Shown piece after piece: positions 48,301 to 57,333 of a stretch of 64,000 bases of DNA (position 1 is the first letter of the stretch; each line of letters begins with the position of its first letter). The position numbers and the translations under genes were made by a program. Location of the stretch: NCBI GenBank assembly GCA_963662615.2, contig CAXXSR010000001.1, forward strand, positions 1 to 64,000. Direction: 5' to 3'. The DNA is from Dehalococcoidia bacterium. Lineage in GTDB: Bacteria; Chloroflexota; Dehalococcoidia; Bin125. The notes under the pieces are model-generated. The model was given only the letters and a program-made list of their open reading frames with translations, was not told where the DNA came from and ran no database searches.

Positions 48301-49236
48301 TCACCACTGCGGCGCCGTCCTGCGTCGCCGCCGTTGGAGGCGCCCCAGCTCGAGCCGCGCCGGTGCCCGCCATCGCTCCACGGCGAAGAACGGCAAGTAG
48401 GCGAAGCCGAGCATCTGGTACGGGAAGATGATCGCCATCAAGGCGAAGATTCCCACGTGGAACAGCACCGCGCTGGAGACCCAGAGTCGCGCCAGACGCC
48501 TGTTCCAGAGCGCGACGGGAGCGCCCAGTTCGACAATGAAGCTCATCACGGCGAGGGGATAGAAGATCCAGGCGTGTGGCACCAGCGCCGCTCCCAGAGG
48601 CGAATGCGGGTCGCCGAGCTGGCTCTTGCGCAGGTTGTCGTAGGCAACGTGGTTCCGGAGCACGTCGCCGGTAATCCATTCCAAGCCGGCGTCCAGCAAC
48701 TTGGCCTGCGCGGTGATCACGTACGTGATGACCGTGAGCAGCCAGAGCAGGCGGACGGGCCAGCCGTAGCGCGGATCGGCGGCCACGGGCGCGGCCCGGC
48801 TCTTGCGGGCGTCGAGCGAAAAGACGTCGGCGGCCGGTGTCAGGGTCAGCACCAATATGTGGAGGACGAGCAGATTCTCCGTGTGGAAGATCTGGCCCCA
48901 AGAATTTCGGTAGCTCGTGATCCACAACAAGAGAAGCGCAAACAGCAGCCCAGTAAATCGAAACCGCCAGCCCGCTACGAATGCGAGGCCAGCCACGAAG
49001 GTTGCGACAACCAGGCCGCAGGCAAGCGATGCCGCTAGCGGCCCTCCCAGGACGTTGGAGATCCCGACAGGGTCGAACTGTCGGGCGTCGAACGTCGCCA
49101 CGCTCATGAGGTTGCCGGCCGTGATGGCGATGTAGACCAGGGCAAAGCCACCAATCAAGATGCGCAGCAACGCCAATCGCTCGGCGGGCGCTGGCGCCAA
49201 CCAGTAGCCATCCAGGCGACGCACAAGAGAGTTCAC
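48301..49236 (-). CDS. HTTM-domain (vitamin K-dependent gamma-carboxylase-like) membrane protein
   Basis: LALLRI, FSLDAR, Y..TAQAKL..G.EW..G, VEL, FHVGI. Confidence 0.82.
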   Translation of the reverse strand: MNSLVRRLDGYWLAPAPAERLALLRILIGGFALVYIAITAGNLMSVATFDARQFDPVGISNVLGGPLAASLACGLVVATFVAGLAFVAGWRFRFTGLLFALLLLWITSYRNSWGQIFHTENLLVLHILVLTLTPAADVFSLDARKSRAAPVAADPRYGWPVRLLWLLTVITYVITAQAKLLDAGLEWITGDVLRNHVAYDNLRKSQLGDPHSPLGAALVPHAWIFYPLAVMSFIVELGAPVALWNRRLARLWVSSAVLFHVGIFALMAIIFPYQMLGFAYLPFFAVERWRAPARLELGRLQRRRRRTAPQW

Positions 49237-49682
49237 GAGCTTCTCACTTCGCACTGCGCATGCACCGTGGAGGCCAGTGCTTGGGTGTCGCCTTCGAAGT
49301 ACGCGACCGCGTCGAAGCGGTCCGTTACGATCTCCACCCGCTCCGTCGTCCCCTGTCCGCCCCGGTCAACGAGGCCCGCCGCGATGCGGTCGCAGAGGGC
49401 CTGCGTCGCCTCCGGCCCCTGCCGGAGAGCCTGCCGCACCGTCTCGAAGGCCTGAATGACTTCCGCGTTCGCCACCGCCGATGGTGGCACCGGACGCCGC
49501 TCGCCGTCGGCGCGCACGGCGACCACGTGGGAGATGGAGACGTCTGCTGCGCGCGCGCTGGCGAACATGGGATAGGTGGAGATAGGGAAGCTGTCGCTGC
49601 GAACGATTCCGAACAGCGGGGCGGCAACCGCGCCGGCGACGATCGTCGTGATCAGATAGGCGCGCAGGCGCATCGCCGTCAT
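49233..49682 (-). CDS. hypothetical HTTM-associated exported protein
   Basis: N-terminal TM/signal then DSFPISTYPMF; 4-bp overlaps with both neighbours. Confidence 0.75.
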   Translation of the reverse strand: MTAMRLRAYLITTIVAGAVAAPLFGIVRSDSFPISTYPMFASARAADVSISHVVAVRADGERRPVPPSAVANAEVIQAFETVRQALRQGPEATQALCDRIAAGLVDRGGQGTTERVEIVTDRFDAVAYFEGDTQALASTVHAQCEVRSS

Positions 49683-50083
49683 TCCACGCGCGGGCGGCGT
49701 ACCGGCGCGGGACGGTTCGGCACAAGGCGCGAGAGAGGCCCCCTGTTGGCCGCAACGACGTCGTAGAGCCGGGTGAGCCCGCCGCGCGCCGCTTCGGATC
49801 GGCCGGCGAGAGCGGCCAGCCAGCGGAAGCCGGGAAGGACTGACAGGACTGCGACGAATGCGTCGCCTGAACTGATCAGGGCCCCATCGGGCCTTTTTAC
49901 GTGCATACTCCTTTCGCGGAGGTCAGGAGGAAGAGGTATCATCCAGCGCTCGGCAAGCGGGTCGGACCAGGGCAGAAGCGCCATCCGGCCACGCCGGTCC
50001 CACCGGCGCACCACCTCCACGGTGGCGCGGCAGAAGCGGCAATCATCGTCGTAGAGAAGCACCGGCCGGTCCGGCAGGGACAC
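49679..50083 (-). CDS. DCC1-like (DUF393) thiol-disulfide oxidoreductase
   Basis: LLYDDDCRFC, SGDAF, LYDVVAANR; only the 3' end of the listed 670-aa ORF is real. Confidence 0.88.
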   Translation of the reverse strand: MSLPDRPVLLYDDDCRFCRATVEVVRRWDRRGRMALLPWSDPLAERWMIPLPPDLRERSMHVKRPDGALISSGDAFVAVLSVLPGFRWLAALAGRSEAARGGLTRLYDVVAANRGPLSRLVPNRPAPVRRPRVE

Positions 50084-50308
50084 ATTGGACTCCGACCCGA
50101 TTCGACACCAACCTTCGCGATTCGCCGTGTGCAGCTTGATCGCCGTCGCGTCAGGCGCGATATCCACCTCCGCGGCCGGCTTCAGGACCGTGACGCCTCG
50201 CGCCACTGTGCGCCGCGGTGCGCCACAGCGGTAGTCTAGCTGGGGAGCGCTGATCGCAGGGCCGGACTGGACGCCGGCCTCCCGCACGAACGCGAACGGA
50301 GGAGGTAG

Positions 50309-51940
50309 GTGCCAAGACATCTCCGCGTCGCGCTTCCGCTCGCGGCGCTGTTCCTCGTGACGCTCGTGACGCTCGTCCCGCCCACGCGGGCGCAAGCTCC
50401 GGCGACTTCCCAACTGCGCACGCTCCAGCCGCCCTGGAACCTGGTAGCGGCTGGCCAGAGCGGCGCGGTCAGTGATCTCGTTGCCGACATGCCAGAAATC
50501 ATCTCGGTGTATCGCTGGGACGCGACTCGGCAGGCCTACGAGAGCTGGCTCCGCGCGGCCCCCGTCTTCCTCAACACACTGCGGACGGTCGCCGTGGACG
50601 ACGGGCTCTGGGTGCGGGTCACGGCGGAAGCGCCCTGGCCGCTCCCAACCGTCGCACCCACGCGCGTTGAGTCGGGTGTGACGGGCTGGCGCCTCGTCGG
50701 CTGGACGGACGTCGATACCCCGGCGAGCGAGGTCGCGTCGCGTCTGGGCGCGGTCCGCCTCGTCGGATTCGACGCAGCAGCTCAACAGTTTCGCGCCTAC
50801 GACCCCAGCCTTCCTGATGCACTCAACACGCTGCCGCTGGTACGGCGCGGCGACGCGGTCTGGGCGCTTTTCAGTGCTGGCGAGCCGGGTCCGGTGGCGC
50901 TCGAACCGACCTTGGGCGGCCGCCCCTTCGACCGCCCCATCGAACTGGGCGCCTACCCGGCTGGGCGGCTGTTCGTCGCCGAGCAGGACGGCACCGTCCT
51001 GCTGTTCGACGAAGATGGTGGGGGCGAGGCCGTGCTGTTGGACCTCCGCGACCGAGTGAGCGGGGCTGGAAACGAGGAAGGGCTCCTCAGCCTGGCGCTC
51101 GACCCTCGCTTCGTGGGCAACGGCCACATCTATGTGTACTACTCGGTCGCAGGGCAGATGCGCTCGCGCTTGTCGCGCTTCACGGTGGCGAGCGACGTCG
51201 CCAGCCTGGCGAGCGAGCTGGCGCTCCTCGAAATCGAGCAGCCCTTCCGCAACCACAACGGCGGCGCGATTCGCTTCGGGCCGGACGGCCTCCTCTACCT
51301 GGGGCTGGGCGACGGTGGCGCCGGTGGCGATCCCGAGGGCAACGGCCAGAACAAGAGCACGCTGCTCGGCTCGATTTTGCGAATCGACGTGCGCGGCGCC
51401 TCGGCGGCACGACCCTATCAGGTGCCGTCCGACAACCCCTTTGTCGGTGCCGCTGCCGCCCGTCCCGAGATCTGGGCGTACGGGTTCCGCAATCCTTGGC
51501 GGATGGCGTTCGACCCATCGACGGGCGCCCTCTGGGTGGGGGACGTGGGCCAGAATGACGTGGAAGAGGTAGACATCGCGCGCGCGGGCGGCAACTACGG
51601 CTGGAACCGTCTGGAGGGCGACCGCTGCTTTTCGCCGCCCTCGGGCTGCGACGCCGGCGCGACGGTCGCCCCCGTCGCCACCTACGATCACGACGAGGGC
51701 TGCTCCATCACAGGCGGCGTCGTCTATCGGGGCAGTACCGTTGCCGCCATCGCGGGAGCGTACCTCTACGGTGATTTCTGCAGCGGCCGGATCTGGGGGC
51801 TCAACGCGGCTGATCCCGCCTCCGCCGTCGTCATCGTCGAAAGCGGCGCCAACATCGCCTCGTTCGGAGTCGATACGGACGGCGAGGTCTATGTGCTGAC
51901 GTTCGGCGGCCCGTTGCTGCGCGTGGTGCCTCTGGAGTAG
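50309..51940 (+). CDS. secreted PQQ-dependent glucose/sorbosone dehydrogenase-family protein with N-terminal tandem domain
   Basis: Signal peptide, EEGLLSLA, NHNGG, GDGG, GSILRID, YGFRNPWR, GNYGW, SITGG. Confidence 0.92.
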   Translation: MPRHLRVALPLAALFLVTLVTLVPPTRAQAPATSQLRTLQPPWNLVAAGQSGAVSDLVADMPEIISVYRWDATRQAYESWLRAAPVFLNTLRTVAVDDGLWVRVTAEAPWPLPTVAPTRVESGVTGWRLVGWTDVDTPASEVASRLGAVRLVGFDAAAQQFRAYDPSLPDALNTLPLVRRGDAVWALFSAGEPGPVALEPTLGGRPFDRPIELGAYPAGRLFVAEQDGTVLLFDEDGGGEAVLLDLRDRVSGAGNEEGLLSLALDPRFVGNGHIYVYYSVAGQMRSRLSRFTVASDVASLASELALLEIEQPFRNHNGGAIRFGPDGLLYLGLGDGGAGGDPEGNGQNKSTLLGSILRIDVRGASAARPYQVPSDNPFVGAAAARPEIWAYGFRNPWRMAFDPSTGALWVGDVGQNDVEEVDIARAGGNYGWNRLEGDRCFSPPSGCDAGATVAPVATYDHDEGCSITGGVVYRGSTVAAIAGAYLYGDFCSGRIWGLNAADPASAVVIVESGANIASFGVDTDGEVYVLTFGGPLLRVVPLE

Positions 51941-52031
51941 CGCAGGGAGGCGGGACTTCTCGCTGCGGCGCGGAGGTGACCGGCGAGCAAGAGCCGGCCG
52001 CGCGAAGTGTTGGGGCGGGACGAGGAATACG

Positions 52032-52457
52032 GTGGCAGAGTCCCAAGGCTACGAGATCCTTGAGCACACGGCGGACGCGGGAATCATCGCGCGGGGCCGC
52101 ACGCTGGCGGCGGCCTTCGCCGGCGCCGCCGAGGGCATGTACGCACTGATGGTCGATCCAGAAACGGTGAGCGAGCGTGAGGAGCGCGAAGTCGTCGTGT
52201 CCGCCAGTGACCGCGAGTCTCTACTGGTGCAGTGGCTGCTCGAGTTGCTCTTCCTGACCGAGACTGAAGGCCTCCTCTTCCGGCGATTTGAGGTCTCCGT
52301 TGCGGGGGAGACATCGCTGAAGGCGCGCGCGTCTGGGGAGCGATTCAATGCCGACCGTCATCCCACGGGAGTGGCGGTGAAGGCGGTCACGCACCACCTG
52401 CTCTCAGTGGCTGAGTCGGACGGCGGCTACCGCGTTCAGGTCCTCTTCGACATTTAG
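52032..52457 (+). CDS. archease
   Basis: EHTADAG, VKAVTHH, C-terminal FDI. Confidence 0.95.
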   Translation: MAESQGYEILEHTADAGIIARGRTLAAAFAGAAEGMYALMVDPETVSEREEREVVVSASDRESLLVQWLLELLFLTETEGLLFRRFEVSVAGETSLKARASGERFNADRHPTGVAVKAVTHHLLSVAESDGGYRVQVLFDI

Positions 52458-52465
52458 GAGTCGCC

Positions 52466-53923
52466 ATGGCCGACTGGCGCCAGATCCTTCAACGCGTCGA
52501 CGAAGTTCGCTGGGAAGTGCCTGTGACCTACAAGGAAGGCATGCGGGTGCCCGCGCGCATCTACGCCAGCGAGGCCGTCTTGGACATCGTGGCGCAGGAC
52601 CAAGCCATTGACCAGGCGGCCAACGTCGCCTGCCTGCCCGGCCTGGAAGGGCGTTCGTTGGCGATGCCGGATATCCACTGGGGCTACGGCTTTCCCATTG
52701 GCGGCGTCGCGGCGATGCGCCTTGACGACGGCGTCATCTCGCCGGGCGGCGTGGGCTTCGACATTAACTGCGGCACCCGGCTGCTTGTCACCGCTCTGAC
52801 TGAGGCGGACGTCCGGCCGCGGCTCAACCAGCTGCTGGACCAGATCGTCCACGACGTTCCCGCCGGGCTCGGTGGAAAGAGCCGGGTCCCCGTGGGCCTG
52901 GATGACTTGGACGCGATCATGCGGCGTGGATCCGCCTGGATGGTCGAACACGGATACGGCCGTCCCGCCGATCTCGAGTTGACGGAGAGTCACGGCTGCC
53001 TCTCAGGGGCAGACCCAAGCAAAGTCAGCATGCGCGCGCGCCAGCGCGGGCACGTCCAGCTTGGCTCGTTGGGCTCAGGCAATCACTTTCTGGAGATCCA
53101 GGTGTTGGAGCGGATCTTCGATCCGACGGCCGCAAGCGCCTTCGGTCTGACCGGGCCCGGTCAGGTGCTCGTCTTCCTTCACACCGGCTCGCGGGGCTTT
53201 GGCCATCAGGTCTGCCAGGATTCTCTCGGCGTGATGGAGGGCGCCGCGCGAAGGTATGGCATCCAACTGCCCGACCGCCAGTTGGCCTGCGCGCCGCTCT
53301 CCTCGTCAGAGGGCCGGGACTATCTCGCTGCCATGGCCTGTGCGGCCAATTTCGCCTCGGCCAACCGACAGTGCATTACGGAGCTGGTGCGGCGGGCCTT
53401 CGTCAAGGTCATGGGGCGGAGCGAGGACGAACTCGGCCTGGACTTGCTCTACGACGTGGCACACAACATCGCGAAGATCGAGCAGCACCGCGTCAATGGT
53501 CGCGACGTGAAACTGTGTGTGCATCGGAAAGGGGCGACGCGGGCGTTTCCCGCGGGCCATGCCGAAGTGCCAAGGCAATACCGAGAAGTTGGTCAGCCCG
53601 TCTTGGTCCCGGGCGACATGGGTCGCTACTCGTATGTGGCCATTGGCCTTGCTGCGGCCATGGAAGAGACCTGGGGATCGGCCTGTCACGGCGCCGGCCG
53701 CGTGCAGAGTCGGCACGCGGCCAAGCGCATGCTGCGAGGCGTCGATCTCGTCAAGCGCCTGGAGGCAAAGGGAATCATGGTCCGCTGCCAGAACCGTGCC
53801 GCCCTGGCGGAGGAGGCGAGCGAGGCCTACAAGGACGTGGCGGAAGTGGTGGGGGTGCTGGAGCAGGCCGGCATCGCCCGCGCCGTGGCGCGGATGCGTC
53901 CCATCGGCGTCGTCAAAGGTTGA
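52466..53923 (+). CDS. rtcB: RNA-splicing/repair ligase RtcB (archaeal/eukaryote-like clade)
   Basis: MPDIHWGYGFPIG, GFDINCG, GSGNHFLE, HTGSRG, HN, HRKGAT, CHGAGR, EEASEAYK. Confidence 0.97.
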   Translation: MADWRQILQRVDEVRWEVPVTYKEGMRVPARIYASEAVLDIVAQDQAIDQAANVACLPGLEGRSLAMPDIHWGYGFPIGGVAAMRLDDGVISPGGVGFDINCGTRLLVTALTEADVRPRLNQLLDQIVHDVPAGLGGKSRVPVGLDDLDAIMRRGSAWMVEHGYGRPADLELTESHGCLSGADPSKVSMRARQRGHVQLGSLGSGNHFLEIQVLERIFDPTAASAFGLTGPGQVLVFLHTGSRGFGHQVCQDSLGVMEGAARRYGIQLPDRQLACAPLSSSEGRDYLAAMACAANFASANRQCITELVRRAFVKVMGRSEDELGLDLLYDVAHNIAKIEQHRVNGRDVKLCVHRKGATRAFPAGHAEVPRQYREVGQPVLVPGDMGRYSYVAIGLAAAMEETWGSACHGAGRVQSRHAAKRMLRGVDLVKRLEAKGIMVRCQNRAALAEEASEAYKDVAEVVGVLEQAGIARAVARMRPIGVVKG

Positions 53924-54043
53924 GCGCACGGACATCCCCACGCGAATGGCGGCGGGCCACGGACGGGGCGGCAGATGCTCCGATCCAGGTGCCGCGCACT
54001 TCGGCCGTTCGACCATTCGTCCATAGCGGGTTCGCCTGCCGTC

Positions 54044-55216
54044 TTACGGCCCTTCGTCGTGCGGCTCGCGAATCGGGCGGGCGGGGAACGGCTCGTAGGG
54101 GAAGCGGGCGAGCGCGCTTTCGTCGAGGTCGATGCCAAGGCCGGGCGTGTCCGGCAGGGCGATGTACCCGTCGACCACCTCAAAGGGCGGGTCGGCGACC
54201 TCCCGCCCCCAGGCCTCCAAGTTCACGAAGTACTCCGTGATCAGAAAGTTCGGGATGGCGGCCGACACGTGCAGGGTCGCGGCCAGCCCCACCGTCGTGC
54301 TGTTGTAGTTGTGCGGCGCCACGGCGACGAAATACGGTTCGGCCATGGCGGCGATCTCCTTCAGCTCCAGGATGCCGCCCACGTTGCAGACGTCCGGGTT
54401 GATGATGTCCGCTGCCTGCTTTTCGAACACTTCGCGGAACTCAAACTTTGTGTAGAGCTCCTCGCCGGTGACGACGGGCAGCGATATCGCGCGGCGGACG
54501 GACGCCAGCGCGTCCACGTTCTCTGCCAGGACCGGCTCCTCGTACCAGAACGGCGCATAGGGCGCGATCCCCTCCGCAATGCGTACCGCGTGCATTGGCG
54601 CGAGCCGGCGATGCATCTCCACAAGCACGTCGATGTCCGGGCCTACGGCCTCACGCACCACTCGCACCCGCTCAATCGCTTCCCGCTCCTGCTCCCTGCT
54701 GATGTATGTCCGCCAGGGACCCGGCACGGGATCGAACTTCATCGCGGTAAAGCCCCGGGCCACCATCTCCCGCGCGCGCTCGGCCAGCTCCTCGTGGCTT
54801 CGTGACCGCGCCCAGCCGTTGGCGTACACACGCAGGCGATCGCGGCAGGCGCCGCCCAAGAGCGCATGCACCGGCGCTCCCAACCGCTTGCCGGCGATGT
54901 CCCACAGCGCCTGCTCGATCCCGCTCACAGCGCTGTAGTAATCCATCGCGCCACGCCGCCCTATGAAGTCGTCATAGGCGGAGGTGGTGAAGTGCTTGAT
55001 GTGCGAGGCATCGCGGCCGACGACGTACCGCTTCAGCTGCTCCACGTGCGCCGCGATCTGGGTGTCGCGATCCGCCTGCGTGTAGCACTCGCCCCAGCCA
55101 TGCAGTCCGTCCTCTGTCTCCACGCGCACGAACAGGAGGTTCTTCTCCGCCGACGCCGCCAAACGCCCGGATCGGGACGGATGCACGAGGTAGTGGCGGA
55201 CATTCGCGATCTTCAT
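54044..55216 (-). CDS. mandelate racemase/galactonate dehydratase-family enolase
   Basis: GWGE, SGIEQALWDI.GK, KFD, EMH, EEP, TGE, PD, APHN, PGLG. Confidence 0.92.
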   Translation of the reverse strand: MKIANVRHYLVHPSRSGRLAASAEKNLLFVRVETEDGLHGWGECYTQADRDTQIAAHVEQLKRYVVGRDASHIKHFTTSAYDDFIGRRGAMDYYSAVSGIEQALWDIAGKRLGAPVHALLGGACRDRLRVYANGWARSRSHEELAERAREMVARGFTAMKFDPVPGPWRTYISREQEREAIERVRVVREAVGPDIDVLVEMHRRLAPMHAVRIAEGIAPYAPFWYEEPVLAENVDALASVRRAISLPVVTGEELYTKFEFREVFEKQAADIINPDVCNVGGILELKEIAAMAEPYFVAVAPHNYNSTTVGLAATLHVSAAIPNFLITEYFVNLEAWGREVADPPFEVVDGYIALPDTPGLGIDLDESALARFPYEPFPARPIREPHDEGP

Positions 55217-55411
55217 GGCTGCCCGTTTTTCCTTCTCAGAACGGGGTCGTAGGCTGGGACGGAGCGCCCCTCCGAAGTCGATACGGGGCGGCCCGATTGC
55301 CACAGTCTCGCACCGCTCGGCGTTGCAGAACAAGAGGCTCCGCCCTCCCCCTTCGCGCCGCCGGCGCTGTCTGAATTGACTAGAGCGCGACCAACCCGCG
55401 CCGCGTCGCGA

Positions 55412-55454
55412 TGGCGACGTCCCTCAGGGATTCGAACCCTGGACGTGCCTTGAA
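55412..55454 (-). tRNA. degenerate tRNA 3' fragment (Glu-like), probable att remnant; not an intact tRNA
   Basis: Minus strand TTCAAGGC..CAGGG-TTCGAAT-CCCTG..GACGTCGCCA: T-arm and CCA present, no D-arm or 5' acceptor strand. Confidence 0.65.
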
Positions 55455-55462
55455 TCGAACTC

Positions 55463-55575
55463 TATGCCGGACAGCCCCGTTCGACATTGGATCGGACATG
55501 CGGTCCCGCACAGGCCCTCTGCTCCAAAGTCCGGTTCTACATCGGATAGACCTGTCCGACATGGAGTCAGACTTT
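55463..55575 (+). repeat. two imperfect ~38-bp direct repeats, each with three GACA-type boxes (integrase arm-site-like)
   Basis: Boxes at 55467/55480/55492 and 55542/55555/55567 with the same 13/12 spacing; related copy at about 62178-62206. Confidence 0.6.
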
Positions 55576-55701
55576 GCGATGAGCCAGTTGCGGCCGCACT
55601 CTTCGGCCCTGATCGAATCAGGCTCCGCGTCATTGTGTCGGCGCGCCCCGCGCTCTGCCAACTAGGTGCCGCGGGCCTACGACAGCGATCCAACGGCGGC
55701 G

Positions 55702-56550
55702 CTAGCGACTCGGCGTCCACGAGTAGATACGCGCGAGGCTGCCCCCCATGAGGGCTGCTCGCTCTGACTCCGTGAGCTGGTCGGTGACGCGGAACGCTTC
55801 GATACCCTGCTCATAGGTCAACAACTCGACCGCGCGGGTCCAGTCGGTGCCCCACATGCAGCGCTCAAACCCGAATGCCCGAAAGACCTGGCCCAGCGGC
55901 TCCCAGATGTCGTTGTAAGGGAACGGCTCATGCGACAGGGTGCACGCCCCCGACACCTTGATTGCGACGTTGTTGAGCTCCGCCAGCGCAACGACGTCGG
56001 GCAGGTCGGCAAACGGTTGCTCGGGTGGCGGCGGTTGGAAGGGCTGGGCGAGGCCCAGATGGTCGATCACGATCTGGGTGGTGGGATGGCGCCGCGCGAG
56101 CGCGGCGATCAGGTCGAGCTTCCGCCAGCACATCACGTTGATCGGGAGGTCGTTCGCCGCACCGGCGGCCAGGATCTGATTGAGTCCGGGGTGGTCGGCC
56201 GACAGGTCCCCGTCCGAAACCCTGTCGCTCAAAAAGATGCGTGCCCCGACGACCCCGGGCGTTGCCGCCCAACGGGCAACTTCGTCGCCGACGTCGGGGG
56301 CGCTGGGGTCGAAGGGCTTGATCAAGCCGAAGCGCCCGGGATATCGGGCGTGCACTTCGAGCACGCAGCTCGCGTCGTAGCGGTACATGCTGTAGGGGGA
56401 GACCAGGAGCGCGCCGTCGATGCCGACGGCATCCATCGCCGCGACCATGTCGTCACCGGTCACTTCGGCGGGGCCGACCAGCGTCCCGGCCCAGGGTCGC
56501 TCGGGTCGGTTGCGCTCGTAGGCGTGAACCTGACAGTCGATCGTGAGCAT
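55702..56550 (-). CDS. amidohydrolase_2 family protein
   Basis: IDCQVH, IDHLG, KVSG, MWGTDW. Confidence 0.9.
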   Translation of the reverse strand: MLTIDCQVHAYERNRPERPWAGTLVGPAEVTGDDMVAAMDAVGIDGALLVSPYSMYRYDASCVLEVHARYPGRFGLIKPFDPSAPDVGDEVARWAATPGVVGARIFLSDRVSDGDLSADHPGLNQILAAGAANDLPINVMCWRKLDLIAALARRHPTTQIVIDHLGLAQPFQPPPPEQPFADLPDVVALAELNNVAIKVSGACTLSHEPFPYNDIWEPLGQVFRAFGFERCMWGTDWTRAVELLTYEQGIEAFRVTDQLTESERAALMGGSLARIYSWTPSR

Positions 56551-56775
56551 GTGTAATTCCTTTGCGTGGTCGCCGGGGCCGGGGTCGCTACTGACGTGCA
56601 CCCAAGCACCCGATCGCGAACGGGGCGCAGCCTCACCCGATCTGTCTCATGAAGGCGAGCGCGGCCGTGTAGCGTAATCGCTCCGCGCTGCGCACACGGT
56701 ACCTCCAACTCGCGGTCTTGGTGCAGGTGCGGAGAGAATACCGCCCCTACGGCTCAATCGAGGGAGGCGGCGGCG

Positions 56776-57274
56776 GGCTCAAGGAGGAGTTCGATGCGCT
56801 CGGCGCATCGTTTGCGGATCGCGGCCGACGCGCCGACGAATACGTCGCGGCGATGCGGGAGCTCTGGTCTTCCGACGCGCCCAGTTTTCACGGCGAGTTC
56901 GTGCAGTTCGAGGAGGCAGATTGCCGGCGCCAGCCGGTCGATCGATCGGTGCCGATTATCGTCGGTGGCGATACGAAACGCGCGGCGCGACGGGCGGGGC
57001 GGTTGGTGACGGATACTTTCCCGCCAGAGGATCGCAGATTGAGCTCATCGACCTCGTTAAAGGAACGGCCACGAAGCATCAGCGTGATCCCGATGCGTTC
57101 GCGATTACGACGAGTCTGCCCGACGATATTGACGAAATCCCAATGCTCGCCGCGGCCGGGATCCACCGGCTCGCGGTTCCCGTCTCGGCGGGCGCCGGAC
57201 TGCGTGCCGTCGTCTTGTCGGTCGATGATGTGCTGGCGTTTCGCGACACAATTGAGCGCTTCGCCGAGACCTAG
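56776..57274 (+). pseudogene. LLM F420-dependent oxidoreductase, 5'-truncated and frameshifted near 57005
   Basis: LKEEFDALG..RGRRADEY..PIIVGG..AARRAGRL, then GDGYFP in another frame. Confidence 0.8.
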
Positions 57275-57333
57275 GCGGCCGGCCACGGCTGCGCCTGCGC
57301 ATCGCCGAACCACGCTGCCACGCCCAGCGATGC

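Noticed and set aside
50084-51691. 670-aa ORF as a large DCC fusion
   Set aside because: Antisense shadow of the PQQ dehydrogenase gene
55412-55454. tRNA-Sec (selC) given selD in the window
   Set aside because: No TCA anticodon arm, long variable arm or 5' half; only a 3' fragment
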